A DNA stretch of 64,000 nucleotides, taken from positions 23,575 to 87,574 of the forward strand of contig JAFTCE010000028.1 in the NCBI GenBank assembly GCA_017454855.1. The letters are read 5' to 3'. Position numbers and translations under genes: made by a program. This document shows, piece by piece, positions 1-15,493 of this stretch (position 1 is the first letter of the stretch; the number at the start of each line of letters is the position of its first letter). The notes beneath the pieces were generated by a model that had not been told where the DNA came from, did no database searches, and was given only the letters and a program-made list of their open reading frames with translations. This DNA is from Desulfovibrio sp. (GTDB lineage: Bacteria; Desulfobacterota; Desulfovibrionia; Desulfovibrionales; Desulfovibrionaceae).

Positions 1-165
1 TTCAGCAGCGGCACGTCCTTTGCCTATGCAGGCCATTGACGTAGCCTAGAAATTTCTGCTACCCGTAGCAATACAAACATTGTGAAGCGAAATACCTCTA
101 GGCACACTCTGGCCAGCCAACCTACAGACAAAAAAAGCGCTGAACCGCTGCCGCAAGGACGGATC

Positions 166-1050
166 ATGTATTTCCCCACAGCCGAGATCACCTGCAATCC
201 TCTTCTCCCCTTTGCCACCGCCGTTATTGTTTCTTTTTTCACGTCCATGGGCGGAGTTTCCGGAGCTTTCCTTCTGCTCCCCTTTCAAATGTCCATTCTG
301 GGCTATACGAACCCGAGCGTCAGCGCCACGAACCAATTTTACAACATTGTGGCCTGTCCGTCCGGCGTTTTCCGCTATTGGAGGGAAGGTCGCCTGATCA
401 TACCCATTGCCGTCACCATTGCCCTGGGCACCCTGCCTGGCGTCTTTATAGGAGCCATCATCCGAATCAAACTTTTCCCCAATCCCTCAACCTTCAAGGT
501 ATTTGCTGGTTGCGTGTTGCTCTATATCGCCCTGCGCATGCTGCAAACCTTGCTCAAAGAAAAAGCAAAAACCACGAAGAAACCTGTCGAGGACAATACA
601 CTTGTCATCCTGCACAATACCAGAAGCTCCTTGTCTCTATTGTTTCAAGGTTGCGAGTACATTATCCAGAAGCAGCGGCTCATGCTGCTCAGTCTGGCCG
701 TCGGTCTTGTGGGTGGTATTTACGGCATAGGTGGCGGCGCCATCATGTCACCCTTCCTCGTGTCGTTTTTTGGCCTTCACGTGTATATTGTGGCTGGCGC
801 TACACTCATGGCTACGGCCATCACTTCCCTAGGCGGCGTCGTATTCTATACCATGCTTTCCCCGTTCTTTCCCGCCCTCAGCGTAGCACCCGACGTCAGA
901 CTGGGCCTCATCATAGGCATTGGCGGCATGACAGGTATGTACTTCGGCGCCAGATGTCAAAAATACGTGCCAGCCAAAGCTATCAAGTGGATGCTCGTAT
1001 TGACGCTTGTTGTTGTCGCCTTGCGTTATATAGGCCAGATATTTTTCTAA
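166..1050 (+). CDS. Sulfite exporter TauE/SafE family membrane protein
   Basis: Hydrophobic ORF with the two repeated glycine-rich motifs ([26 protein letters not shown]) typical of TauE/SafE. Start moved to ATG 166 after AAGGA. Confidence 0.8.
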   Translation: MYFPTAEITCNPLLPFATAVIVSFFTSMGGVSGAFLLLPFQMSILGYTNPSVSATNQFYNIVACPSGVFRYWREGRLIIPIAVTIALGTLPGVFIGAIIRIKLFPNPSTFKVFAGCVLLYIALRMLQTLLKEKAKTTKKPVEDNTLVILHNTRSSLSLLFQGCEYIIQKQRLMLLSLAVGLVGGIYGIGGGAIMSPFLVSFFGLHVYIVAGATLMATAITSLGGVVFYTMLSPFFPALSVAPDVRLGLIIGIGGMTGMYFGARCQKYVPAKAIKWMLVLTLVVVALRYIGQIFF

Positions 1051-1129
1051 ATTGCCCACAACGCGCTTCCAAAGTGCGCAAATGCAGCTGTCTTTATTAT
1101 CAAGCGGGAAGACATTCCCAGGAGGTACT

Positions 1130-1711
1130 ATGAAAAAAATCCTTGTTCTTGCAGGCGACTATGTTGAGGACTATGAAATCATGGTTCCGTTCCAGATGCT
1201 CCAGATGCTGGGCTATACGGTTCATGCCGTATGTCCAGGCAAGAAAGCAGGCGATGTGGTGCGCACTGCCATCCATGATTTCGAGGGGGATCAGACGTAT
1301 TCCGAAAAACGCGGGCACAATTTTGCCATCAATGCAGACTTTGCCAGCATAAAGGTTGAAGATTATGCAGGCTTGTATGTGCCTGGAGGTCGTGCCCCGG
1401 AATACCTGCGACTCAATCCCCGTGTTCTGCAAATCGTGCGTGAATTCCACACGGCAGGCAAACCCATTGCCGCCATATGTCATGGCCCACAAATACTCGT
1501 CTCTGCGGGCATACTGCGCGGCCATTGCTGCACGGCCTATCCGGCTGTCAAACCGGATGTGGTCGATGCCGGAGCATCCTGGAAGGACTCCAATGCTACG
1601 CTTTCAGACGCCGTTGAGGACGGTAATCTCGTGACTGCAGCAGCTTGGCCTGCGCACCCGGCTCTCATAGCCATCTTTGCCAAGCTCCTCGGAGCCAAGA
1701 TCAGCATTTGA
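1130..1711 (+). CDS. DJ-1/PfpI family cysteine peptidase/glyoxalase
   Basis: [17 protein letters not shown]-terminus, [10 protein letters not shown] and AAICHG nucleophile elbow. GGAGG RBS before ATG 1130. Confidence 0.9.
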   Translation: MKKILVLAGDYVEDYEIMVPFQMLQMLGYTVHAVCPGKKAGDVVRTAIHDFEGDQTYSEKRGHNFAINADFASIKVEDYAGLYVPGGRAPEYLRLNPRVLQIVREFHTAGKPIAAICHGPQILVSAGILRGHCCTAYPAVKPDVVDAGASWKDSNATLSDAVEDGNLVTAAAWPAHPALIAIFAKLLGAKISI

Positions 1712-1763
1712 CGTTACGAGTTCCGGCAGCTTTGCCTTTAGACGAGAAGTTGAGATTCTTGGA

Positions 1764-1789
1764 CGGGCGGCTGAAGGAGCAGCCGCCCG
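1764..1789. terminator. GC-rich hairpin between convergent pfpI and rpoC
   Basis: CGGGCGGCTG-aaggag-CAGCCGCCCG 10-bp stem; no strong U tract on either strand. Confidence 0.5.
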
Positions 1790-1796
1790 AGTTGTG

Positions 1797-5966
<4,170 letters not shown>

Positions 5967-6040
5967 ATGCTTTTCCCTTGCTGCTGTATAAAGCTCGTTA
6001 CCGTCTTTGCTGTATTTCTGGAACGAAAAAAACTTGCGCG

Positions 6041-9000
6041 TCAAACGTCTTCGCGCTCGCGCATATACCCAACGCGCTTGGGCTTCTTCTTGCCCTCTTC
6101 CTGATGCAGGGTCACGTTGAGGCCAAGGCTCATCAACTCTTTGACCAGAACATTGAAGGATTCAGGGAGTCCTGCCTCCAAGAAATTGTCCCCCTTGACG
6201 ATTTTTTCATACATCTTGACCCGCCCGGTCACGTCATCGGACTTGACAGTCAAAAATTCCTGAAGCAAGTAGGCCGCGCCATATGCCTCCAAAGCCCATA
6301 CTTCCATTTCGCCAAGCCGCTGACCGCCAAACTGCGCTTTACCGCCCAAAGGCTGCTGCGTTACCAGCGAGTAAGGTCCTGTTGAACGCGCATGAATCTT
6401 CTCATCAACGAGATGGTGCAACTTGAGCATGTACATGACACCCGTTGTCACGCGATTACGGAAAGGTTCGCCCGTACGACCGTCGTATAGTGTCGTTTTG
6501 CCATCATTTTCCAGGCCAGCTTTTTCCATCCAGCCCCAGATCTCATCCTCTGTTGCGCCGTCGAAAACCGGAGTCTTGGTCACAATGCCCTTACGAAGTT
6601 GCAAAACCGAAGCCCGAAATTCCTCGTCGTCCATGCCATCCACAAGCTGACTGATCTCTTCGGAGTTGTAGATGCTCTTGAGTTCCTCGCGTACGACCTT
6701 TAACGCTGTGCCGGAATCCACCAGTTCAGCTAACTGGCGGCCAAGCTCCTTGGCCCCCCAGCCCAAATGCGTTTCCATAATCTGTCCGATGTTCATGCGC
6801 GAAGGCACGCCCAAGGGATTGAGGACGATGTCTACTGGTCGTCCGTCCGCAAAGAAAGGCATGTCCTCTTCGGGCAGAATGCAGGAAACAACGCCCTTGT
6901 TTCCATGACGGCCAGCCATCTTGTCTCCGACAGAAAGTTTTCGTTTGATGGCAATATGCACCTTGACCATCCTAATGACACCCGGGGGCAAATCGTCGCC
7001 TTCAGTCACCTTATCACGCTTGGCGTCGTAAATAGCCTTGAGATAGGTTACTTGATGGTCATAGTCGGTAAGGAGTCGGAGTACGACGTCATTGACTTCC
7101 TTGCTTTTGAACAGTCCCTGCAATTTTTTGACCGGAAGATGCGCGAGTATATCTTCCGTCATGGCCGCATTAGCTTCGGCCAGCACTTCGCCTTTCTTTT
7201 TTCCGGCAAGTGAAACAGCGATTTGCTTGCCAAGGACAAATGGCGCAAGGGATGTTCGCGCATGTTGCTCCAGCGCACGCATATGGTCAGCTTCCTTCTG
7301 ATCCAACACGGCTGTATCATGTGCTTCAATAGCCAGTGTGCGCTCATCCTTCTCACCCGAACGACGGTTAAATACCTTTACGTCGATGACGATACCCTCC
7401 ACACCGGGCGGCACCTTGAGAGAGGTATTTTTCACATCGCGCGCCTTTTCGCCGAAGATGGCGCGCAGCAACTTTTCTTCCGGGGTAAGCTGCGTCTCGC
7501 CCTTGGGGGTAATCTTGCCCACCAGGATATCATCCGGCTTTACCGGCGCTCCAATGCAGATAATGCCACTTTCGTCAAGGTTACGCAGCATGTCTTCGCT
7601 GACATTGGGAATATCGCGGGTGATCTCTTCGGGACCCAACTTGGTGTCACGGGCAACTACCTCAAATTCTTCAATATGAATTGAGGTAAAAGTATCATCT
7701 CTGACAGTGCGTTCGGAAATGAGTATGGAATCCTCGTAGTTATAGCCGCACCAAGGCATGAAGGCCACAACAAGATTTTTGCCAAGCGCCAGTTCGCCTC
7801 CGTCAATGCCGGGTCCATCGGCCAGAATCTGACCTTCCTTCACTTGCTGTCCAAGATAGCAGGTCGGCTTTTGCCCAAAGCAGGAATTCTGGTTGGATTT
7901 ATGAAATTTTAACAGATCGTACGCCCGCACACCGCCCTGTGATTTGAACACGTCTCCTTCATAGGCCACAACAATACGGTCAGCGTCGACATACTCCACT
8001 CTGCCATCGGCCGATGCGACAATGCAGGCGCCGGAGTCGCGAGCCACGTCAACTTCCATGCCGGTTCCGACCAAGGGTTTCTCGGAACGCAGCAAGGGCA
8101 CGGCCTGACGCTGCATGTTGGAACCCATGAGAGCGCGGTTCGCATCATCGTGTTCCAAAAAAGGAATGAGCGCCGCCGAGATGGAAACCATCTGGCTTGG
8201 AGAAATATCCATGAGCGTCACTTCCTCACGGGGACGCATCTCCACTTCGCCCTTCACCCGCACGGTAACATAGTCGTCCAAGAGATAGCCTTGGGCATCA
8301 ATGCGGGCATTGGCCTGGGCCACAACCTCATCGGCTTCGCGAGAAGCGTCGAGGTGTTTGATCTCCTCCGTGGCTTGCGCATTGCGCACCACCCTATACG
8401 GTGTCTCAATGAAACCAAAGTCGTTGACTTTGGCAAAAGTCGTCAACGAAACTATCAGACCAATATTGGGTCCTTCTGGAGTTTCAATGGGGCAAATGCG
8501 CCCATAGTGCGAGGTATGGACGTCGCGCACTTCAAAGCCGGCACGCTCACGCGTCAAACCACCAGGACCCAAGGCCGAAAGACGTCGCTTGTGCGTCACT
8601 TCAGACAGAGAATTCGTCTGATCCATGAACTGTGAGAGCTGTGAAGTACCGAAAAACTCCTTAAGAACCGCTGCTACCGGCTTGGGATTGATCAAATCGT
8701 GAGGCATGAGTGTAGAAATTTCCTGTAAACTCATGCGCTCCTTGATGGCGCGCTCCATGCGCACAAGACCAATACGATATTGATTTTCCACCAGTTCGCC
8801 AACCAGACGCACACGACGGTTCCCTAAATGATCAATATCGTCTGCCGGACCGTGGCTATCTTTCAATTGCACGAGTACCTTGATGGCAGAAAGGATATCG
8901 TTATCAGACAATGTGCGCAGGTTGCTACTTTCCTGCAGCCCCAGCCGCTGGTTAAGCTTGTAGCGTCCCACAGGTGAAAGGTCGTAGTAATCCTCATTGC

Positions 9001-10174
9001 GGAAAAGATTATCAAAGAAACTGGCCGCGATTTCCGCAGTTGGCGGCGCTGAAGGACGCAAACGCCGATAAATTTCTTCTTGGGCTTTGATCTGATCGGG
9101 AATTCGATCTTGAACCAGGGTATCGCGGATAGAGGAAGACGCGTCCGTACCCTTGGTATGCAGCGCTGAGACCGAAGTAATGCCGACATCGCGGAAAAGC
9201 GCCAGCAACTCATTGGTAATTTCTTCGGCAGCCTCGGCCAGTACCTCACCGGTATTGGGATCCACAACGTCTGAACTCAAAAACATTCCGTTCAAGGTAT
9301 CAGGGCGCACTTCAATGGCTTCAATGCCGGCTTCGCAAATGCGCAGCCAGCTACGCTTGGTGATCGGCTTGCCCGCCTTGACAAGGACATTGCCGTCTTT
9401 GTCAACCACATCAGCATAGGCATTGTCCTTGCGGAACATCTCCTTGCGAACTTCCCAGAAAATGCGGTCTGGATCCGCCAGTCGATAGCGCTCCGTGGTG
9501 TAAAAAAATTCCAGTATCTGCTGCTTGCTCATGCCCATGGCCTTGAACAAGATTGTTGCGGGCATTTTACGACGGCGGTCTATGCGCACATAGAGAATAT
9601 CCTTATGATCAAAGTCAAAATCAAGCCAAGAACCGCGCATGGGGATGATACGGCAGGAATAGAGTACCTTACGGCTGGTGTGGGTTTTGCCGCCGTCGTG
9701 TTCAAAAATGATGCCAGGCGAACGCTGCAGCTGGTTGACTATGACACGCTCAGTACCGTTGACAATAAACGTCCCCTTTTCCGTCATCAACGGCAGTGTG
9801 CCAAAATAAATATCCTGTTCCTTAATATCCCGAATAGTGCGGTTGCCTGAACTTTCGTCCGTATCATAGACAACAAGACGTACCTTGATGCGCATGGGCG
9901 CTTCATAGGTAAGCCCCTTGGAAATACATTCCGCCTGATCATACTTGGGCTCTCCCACTTCATAGCTGACAAATTCCAGACTTGCAGTCTTGTTGAAATC
10001 TTCAATGGGAAAGACAGTCCGGAATACGCCTTCCAAACCTTCATCGGGATTGCGATCGGCCTCTGCCACGCCTTCCTGAAGAAACTTCTGGTAGGAATCT
10101 ATTTGCAGGTTCAACAAATGGGGGATAGGAAGGGAAACCTTGATCTTGCCGAACTGTTTGGTAAGCTGGCCCAT
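6041..10174 (-). CDS. rpoB: RNA polymerase beta subunit
   Basis: SQLSQFMDQ...[42 protein letters not shown]. Confidence 0.99.
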   Translation of the reverse strand: MGQLTKQFGKIKVSLPIPHLLNLQIDSYQKFLQEGVAEADRNPDEGLEGVFRTVFPIEDFNKTASLEFVSYEVGEPKYDQAECISKGLTYEAPMRIKVRLVVYDTDESSGNRTIRDIKEQDIYFGTLPLMTEKGTFIVNGTERVIVNQLQRSPGIIFEHDGGKTHTSRKVLYSCRIIPMRGSWLDFDFDHKDILYVRIDRRRKMPATILFKAMGMSKQQILEFFYTTERYRLADPDRIFWEVRKEMFRKDNAYADVVDKDGNVLVKAGKPITKRSWLRICEAGIEAIEVRPDTLNGMFLSSDVVDPNTGEVLAEAAEEITNELLALFRDVGITSVSALHTKGTDASSSIRDTLVQDRIPDQIKAQEEIYRRLRPSAPPTAEIAASFFDNLFRNEDYYDLSPVGRYKLNQRLGLQESSNLRTLSDNDILSAIKVLVQLKDSHGPADDIDHLGNRRVRLVGELVENQYRIGLVRMERAIKERMSLQEISTLMPHDLINPKPVAAVLKEFFGTSQLSQFMDQTNSLSEVTHKRRLSALGPGGLTRERAGFEVRDVHTSHYGRICPIETPEGPNIGLIVSLTTFAKVNDFGFIETPYRVVRNAQATEEIKHLDASREADEVVAQANARIDAQGYLLDDYVTVRVKGEVEMRPREEVTLMDISPSQMVSISAALIPFLEHDDANRALMGSNMQRQAVPLLRSEKPLVGTGMEVDVARDSGACIVASADGRVEYVDADRIVVAYEGDVFKSQGGVRAYDLLKFHKSNQNSCFGQKPTCYLGQQVKEGQILADGPGIDGGELALGKNLVVAFMPWCGYNYEDSILISERTVRDDTFTSIHIEEFEVVARDTKLGPEEITRDIPNVSEDMLRNLDESGIICIGAPVKPDDILVGKITPKGETQLTPEEKLLRAIFGEKARDVKNTSLKVPPGVEGIVIDVKVFNRRSGEKDERTLAIEAHDTAVLDQKEADHMRALEQHARTSLAPFVLGKQIAVSLAGKKKGEVLAEANAAMTEDILAHLPVKKLQGLFKSKEVNDVVLRLLTDYDHQVTYLKAIYDAKRDKVTEGDDLPPGVIRMVKVHIAIKRKLSVGDKMAGRHGNKGVVSCILPEEDMPFFADGRPVDIVLNPLGVPSRMNIGQIMETHLGWGAKELGRQLAELVDSGTALKVVREELKSIYNSEEISQLVDGMDDEEFRASVLQLRKGIVTKTPVFDGATEDEIWGWMEKAGLENDGKTTLYDGRTGEPFRNRVTTGVMYMLKLHHLVDEKIHARSTGPYSLVTQQPLGGKAQFGGQRLGEMEVWALEAYGAAYLLQEFLTVKSDDVTGRVKMYEKIVKGDNFLEAGLPESFNVLVKELMSLGLNVTLHQEEGKKKPKRVGYMREREDV

Positions 10175-10467
10175 GAGTACCTCAAATAAGTAGCAGGTAG
10201 CGGTTGCATACCGGTCGACGATTCTGTCTAGGACAGACCGGCGGGCGAAAACATTGCTGTCAGTATCACCGCAAAAAGCGCAAGCAATCTTCCCCTGTCT
10301 TTATAACAGGACAAGAATGTAGCGCCTGGCGTGTAACTATGCAAAAAATTCGGGGCTTTGGAAAAAACAGAAGATACCCTCCATCGTCAAATTGTGAACC
10401 AAGATTTTTAAGACAAATTTTTTCATTTGACAAGAAAAAATTTTGAAAAATTTTGTCCCAAACCCTC

Positions 10468-10496
10468 TTGCCAAGACGACCGTTGGACAATATAGT
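10468..10496 (+). promoter_or_regulatory. sigma70-type promoter of the YccA-family gene
   Basis: TTGCCA-17 nt-TATAGT in an AT-rich spacer, about 85 nt upstream of ATG 10580. Confidence 0.6.
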
Positions 10497-10579
10497 TATT
10501 ACTCTAGTTCTACAAATTTTTCCCTTATGTGCTGTGAACGTGACGTTCATAAACCCCAACGGAAAATCGGGAGGAAAAA

Positions 10580-11284
10580 ATGCCCTTCACCCCTAGCGCT
10601 GCCCGCAGCAGCGCCACCATCAGCGTAGCTTCCGCCTACATGCGCCAGGTATACCAGTGGATGACTGCCGGGTTGGCGCTGACAACAGCCGTGTCTTACG
10701 GCGTAGCCTCGTCACCATCTCTGCAGACAGCCATCTTTGGCAACAGCTTTGTAGCCATTGTGCTTATTGTGGCGCAGATTGCCCTTGTCATTGCCCTCTC
10801 TGCTGCCGTTCATAAAATGTCCTCCAGTACGGCTACGGGACTTTTTCTCTTGTATTCAACGCTGACAGGCGTCACCCTTTCTTCCATCTTCGTCGTCTAC
10901 CCCATTGGCTCCATTGCCAATGCTTTTCTCGTGACCACGGGCACGTTCCTGGCCATGAGCGTATATGGCACTGTCACCAAGCGCGATCTCACGGGCTTGG
11001 GCAGTTTCCTGTTCATGGGACTCATCGGCATATGCATCGCCATGGTCGTGAACATCTTTCTCCAAAGCAGCATGATGGACTTTGTTATTAGCTGCGTTGG
11101 TGTACTTGTCTTTACCGGTCTCACGGCCTATGACACGCAAAGACTGCGTCTGTTTGGCGAAGACGCTCCCATGCATGATGGCACGGCAGTGCGTCGCGGT
11201 GCCATTCTGGGCGCATTGACTCTCTACCTCGACTTCATCAATCTCTTCCTCATGCTCCTGCGCCTTTTCACCAATAGAGACTGA
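10580..11284 (+). CDS. Bax inhibitor-1/YccA family membrane protein
   Basis: About 7 hydrophobic segments, TKRDL motif, GLTAYDTQ and LYLDFINLFLMLL C-terminal signature. GGAGG RBS. Confidence 0.92.
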   Translation: MPFTPSAARSSATISVASAYMRQVYQWMTAGLALTTAVSYGVASSPSLQTAIFGNSFVAIVLIVAQIALVIALSAAVHKMSSSTATGLFLLYSTLTGVTLSSIFVVYPIGSIANAFLVTTGTFLAMSVYGTVTKRDLTGLGSFLFMGLIGICIAMVVNIFLQSSMMDFVISCVGVLVFTGLTAYDTQRLRLFGEDAPMHDGTAVRRGAILGALTLYLDFINLFLMLLRLFTNRD

Positions 11285-11417
11285 ACCAGACCTCGAATTT
11301 TGACTAGAGACACATTGCTGTCTGCGATGTCAACGTTGCCCTTGCCCCCGTCACTGCGGACAAGGGCAACATCAGAAAAAACAGAACGCAGCCTTTTTCC
11401 TTTCTTTTTGTTGCGGC

Positions 11418-13763
11418 ATGCAAAGATCATCAAAAAATTCCATACGTACTACCCAGAACACAGCAAGTAAGGCTCTTCCCCAATGTCTGCCTTCGCCGCA
11501 CGCGCTTTGGGAGATCATCGCCGCCCAATCCACCCCTCTACGCTTGGACAGACTGCTCGTCCTGCTTGGCCTTGGCCGCTGTTGCCGACACAAGCTGGAA
11601 GAAATACTCTCGTCTCTCCTTGCACAGGGGCGTTTATTGCGCCTGCGAGGAGGTATGTGGCTGGCAGCAGAACGCTTGCCGCAGATCACTGGTCGATTTA
11701 CAGCACTGCGTGACGGAGGCGGTTTTGTAACTCCGTCACGAACACAAATCGGCAATGCCGGACATTTCCACCCGCTTGGCGGAAGGATACATATTTCTCC
11801 CGGGCAAACAGGTGCCGCTTGGCATCAGGACGTGGTACGCGTTGCCCTCACTCCTGGAGTCGGACATGGTTGCTCACAGGAAGGCAGCATAGTGAAGGTT
11901 CTGGAACGCGGTCTGCGTGAAATTCCTGCCATAGCAGACCAGCGCAGAGATCACATGCTCTTCTGCCGCCCTGCCGATTCCCGTCTTCCGATTCGCTTCC
12001 GCGTAGAACTTGCGCAAACTGCCCCCCAGCCTGGAACACTCCTGCGGTTAGAACCGTTGAAGCCACTAGCGCCGGATCTTTGGACAGCCCGCATCCTGGC
12101 AGAGTACGGCAGGGAAGACGATGTGATCGTTCAGGAAGAATTGGTAAAATGCAATCACGAAGTTCCACGCGATTTTCCGAACGATGTTCTGGATGAAGTC
12201 ACACGCCTGCCAAGAGCGCTTCTGCCCGAAGATTTTCAGCACAGGGAAGATTTGCGTACCTTGGGGCTAGTGACCATTGATGACGCAGATGCCCGTGATC
12301 TGGACGATGCCATCCATGTGCAGGAGCGACGCGGTGGCGGCTGGTTGCTCCGCGTGGCCATTGCCGATGTAAGTCATTATGTGCGCCCTCGCGGTGCAGG
12401 ACATGCGGGCGCCCTGGATCGTGAAGCGCTCAATCGCGGCAATTCCTGGTACTTTCCCCACTCAGTGGAACCCATGCTCCCCCAAGCCCTGTGTCATGGT
12501 CTGTGCAGTCTCGACTCCGGAGAAGACAGGCTGGCAGTCCTGGTGGAAATTCCCTTTTCCGCTACAGGTGTGCCAGACAAGCCCCGTTTTGCCCTCGCCG
12601 TAGTGCGTTGTGCAGCCAGACTTTCCTATGACGATGTCAAGGCATGTCTTTTGGACAAATCCCCAACGGCCATCGAACATCTGCGCCAGCATAACCCGCG
12701 CGGCGACGAAATTCTGACCATGCTCACCCAAGCCCTCGCACTGTCTGCAAAACTACGCACTCTTCGCCGACAACGTGGCAGTCTCGATTTTGACCTCCCC
12801 GAAACATCCTGTCGCCTTGATGCCAAGGGGCGCGTGATCTGGCTGGGCGTCAGAGAACGCAACGATGCGCACCGTCTCATCGAGGAATGCATGATCGCGG
12901 TCAATGAAGCCGTGGCTCGACATCTCAGCGCGGCAGATCTGCCCTTCCTCTACCGTGTACATCCCAAGCCGGATACCGATCGCCTTAAAAGCCTCCATGA
13001 CGCCCTGGTGGCCCTTGGTCTGAACCATGTGCATCAAGCACATCACACGCGATCAAGCAAAGAAATCATGCACACGGCCCTCGCCGCAGCGCACGGAACG
13101 CCGAGGGAAGACATTATCAACCGCCTCTGCCTGCGCGCCATGCCCCAAGCGCGCTACCAACCCGCCAATGAAGGTCATTATGGCCTGGCATCCCAGGCAT
13201 ATTGCCATTTTACATCCCCCATCCGGCGCTATGCCGACTTGCTCACGCACAGGGCCTTGAAGGCATCGCTGGGCATGAATTGCGGATCCTTTCCTGCAGG
13301 ACAACAATTGTTGCGCATCGCTGACATACTCAGCCGTCGCGAACGCGCAACCATGAACTGCGAACGAGAAATGGACAGACGTCTAGGATGTCTTGCCTTG
13401 CTGCCCTGCGTTGGCAAACATTTCTGCGGTTTGATATCGGGGATCATGCCCTTTGGCATTTTTGTGGCGCTGTCAGAGATGCCTGTGGAAGGTATGATTC
13501 GCGTGGAAGACCTTGGCAGGGATCGCTATGACTTTGATGCACGCAGCATGCGCCTTGCTGGCATGAGAACCGGTGTCACCTGGAGCATTGGTCAACGTCT
13601 AGAGGTCGTCCTCGTAGATGTTGATCTCGGCAGACTTGAAATACGCCTCCGTCCTCTGAAGTTGCCCAAAAGTCTGCGGGACACCACGTTTTTGCGAACA
13701 CGACGCGAGAAGGGTAGGGCTATGCCTCCTGGACGCCGACAGGTTCGACAGGGTAGGCACTGA
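11418..13763 (+). CDS. rnr: Ribonuclease R / RNB-domain exoribonuclease
   Basis: TIDDADARDLDDAI catalytic motif, HFTSPIRRYADL, C-terminal S1 domain and basic tail. Start uncertain. Confidence 0.9.
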   Translation: MQRSSKNSIRTTQNTASKALPQCLPSPHALWEIIAAQSTPLRLDRLLVLLGLGRCCRHKLEEILSSLLAQGRLLRLRGGMWLAAERLPQITGRFTALRDGGGFVTPSRTQIGNAGHFHPLGGRIHISPGQTGAAWHQDVVRVALTPGVGHGCSQEGSIVKVLERGLREIPAIADQRRDHMLFCRPADSRLPIRFRVELAQTAPQPGTLLRLEPLKPLAPDLWTARILAEYGREDDVIVQEELVKCNHEVPRDFPNDVLDEVTRLPRALLPEDFQHREDLRTLGLVTIDDADARDLDDAIHVQERRGGGWLLRVAIADVSHYVRPRGAGHAGALDREALNRGNSWYFPHSVEPMLPQALCHGLCSLDSGEDRLAVLVEIPFSATGVPDKPRFALAVVRCAARLSYDDVKACLLDKSPTAIEHLRQHNPRGDEILTMLTQALALSAKLRTLRRQRGSLDFDLPETSCRLDAKGRVIWLGVRERNDAHRLIEECMIAVNEAVARHLSAADLPFLYRVHPKPDTDRLKSLHDALVALGLNHVHQAHHTRSSKEIMHTALAAAHGTPREDIINRLCLRAMPQARYQPANEGHYGLASQAYCHFTSPIRRYADLLTHRALKASLGMNCGSFPAGQQLLRIADILSRRERATMNCEREMDRRLGCLALLPCVGKHFCGLISGIMPFGIFVALSEMPVEGMIRVEDLGRDRYDFDARSMRLAGMRTGVTWSIGQRLEVVLVDVDLGRLEIRLRPLKLPKSLRDTTFLRTRREKGRAMPPGRRQVRQGRH

Positions 13764-15364
13764 TGGGCATGCTTTCAGCACGCCAGCGCATGGGAGCCGC
13801 TGCGATCATCCTGGCCGCCAGCACAGTGCTTTCACGCCTCATGGGACTTGTGCGAGACAAAATTATTTCTTGGCAATTTGGCGCCGGAGGCGAGGCAGAC
13901 ATGTATTTTGCCGCCTTTGTCGTGCCAGACATCATCAATTATCTGCTGGCAGGCGGCTTCCTTTCCATAACCATGATCCCCCTGCTGACACGCCGCTTTC
14001 GAGAAAATGCACACGACGCATGGCGTCTCTTTTCCTGCGTGTTTTGCTGGATGGCCTTGGCGTCCGCTCTGCTTACCCTGGCTGGCATGGTCGGCGCTGA
14101 TCATCTGGCCCGTGTAGTGGCCCCCGGCTTCACGCCTGTGCAGTGGAAGCGGCTCGCCTTCTTCATGCGCATCATCCTGCCAGCGCAGATTTTCTTTCTC
14201 TGCGGCGCCTGCATAACGGCCCTGCTCTTCATGCGACGGCAGTTTCGTGTGCCTGCCCTGGCCCCGCTGATCTACAATGGCACCATCATTCTCATGGGGC
14301 TGGGCCTGCCCTTATTGGCTCAGGCTGAAACGGCGCAGACCTTGCTGCCCGCCGCTCTGCTGGCGCGTATGGACGGCATGACCGGCTACTGCGTCGGAGT
14401 GACTCTAGGCGCAGCCTTGGGCACCTTTCTGCTGCCATTCTCTGTGGCAGCCAAGCAGGAATTGCGTCTGTCCATGATTTGGACCCATACACTCATGGGC
14501 AAATTTCTGCTCACAGCCCTGCCCCTCATGCTTGGACAGACCGTCATCATGCTGGACGAGCAATTTCTGCGCATCTTTGGTAGCCTTGCTGGGGATGGCA
14601 CCGTTAGCCTACTCAATTATGCGCGACGCATCACCCAGGTACCCATCGGACTGGTAGGACAGGCCGCTGCCGTGGCTTCCTATCCCTTTCTCGTGGAATT
14701 GTTGGCCCGAGGCGAAAAAGAACGCTTTAATGCCACACTGCACTCAGCGCTTGTGGGCAGCATGGGACTCATCATCCCCTGCGCCTTGTGCATGGCCGCT
14801 ACTGCCTGGCCAATCCTCGGCATCATCTTCCAGGGCGGACGCTTCGGTCCTGCCGAGACTCTGGCCACACTGCCGCTGGTGCGCATCATGCTGGCCGCCA
14901 CGCCTTTCTGGATTCTCTATATGGTTCTTGTGCGCGCCTATTATGCTCACGGCGACACGCTCACGCCGGCCATCACGGGCACGGTCATGACCTTGTGCTG
15001 CCTTCCAGCCTATACCTGGTGGGCTGTTCCTCGCGGAGCCTGGGCCATTGCCGCGCTGTCCGGGACAAGCGTCGCCTGTTACGTCCTCTGGCTCACGGCA
15101 ATCTGGCTACACCGCCACGGAGCGCAGGCTCTGGCTGGCCTTCCACAGCTTACCCTGCGCGTCACCCTGGCCGCACTGCCCGCCTCAGTCCTTGCCTGGT
15201 TCTGCACGCTCCAAGCCATGCAAAACCTGATCCTGCCACCTTTTTTTGCTGCCTGCGCTAGTCTCTCCATTGGTGGCTTAGTCTTCGTCATCGTCTTCGT
15301 GCCCCTGGCGTACTTGTGGTCGCGCGAAATTCTCCAGCCCATCTTGCAACGTTTTGGGCACTAA
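13763..15364 (+). CDS. murJ: Lipid II flippase MurJ (MviN)
   Basis: SRLMGLVRDKII...FGAGGEADMYFAAF N-terminal signature, about 14 TM segments. Confidence 0.92.
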   Translation: MGMLSARQRMGAAAIILAASTVLSRLMGLVRDKIISWQFGAGGEADMYFAAFVVPDIINYLLAGGFLSITMIPLLTRRFRENAHDAWRLFSCVFCWMALASALLTLAGMVGADHLARVVAPGFTPVQWKRLAFFMRIILPAQIFFLCGACITALLFMRRQFRVPALAPLIYNGTIILMGLGLPLLAQAETAQTLLPAALLARMDGMTGYCVGVTLGAALGTFLLPFSVAAKQELRLSMIWTHTLMGKFLLTALPLMLGQTVIMLDEQFLRIFGSLAGDGTVSLLNYARRITQVPIGLVGQAAAVASYPFLVELLARGEKERFNATLHSALVGSMGLIIPCALCMAATAWPILGIIFQGGRFGPAETLATLPLVRIMLAATPFWILYMVLVRAYYAHGDTLTPAITGTVMTLCCLPAYTWWAVPRGAWAIAALSGTSVACYVLWLTAIWLHRHGAQALAGLPQLTLRVTLAALPASVLAWFCTLQAMQNLILPPFFAACASLSIGGLVFVIVFVPLAYLWSREILQPILQRFGH

Positions 15365-15493
15365 ACGCAAAAAAAAAATGGACATAGCCGCCTGACACAA
15401 AGACCGAGTCTGAAAAAAATGCAAAACCAGGACAGCCATATCCCTGACCATTCATCGCTGCTCATTGTTCCCAGCTTAGGGCAGGTATGAAGC

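Noticed and set aside
8600-8630. RpoB DQTNSLSE (Pro to Ser) as a rifampicin-resistance allele
   Set aside because: The main rifampicin contact residues (Q, D, H, R, S of cluster I) are intact, so resistance cannot be inferred.
10175-10579. tRNA or known ncRNA in the long intergenic regions (also 41536-42047, 47533-47838, 54302-54624)
   Set aside because: No cloverleaf, T-loop or recognisable riboswitch core found by eye. An Infernal/tRNAscan run would be needed to exclude them.
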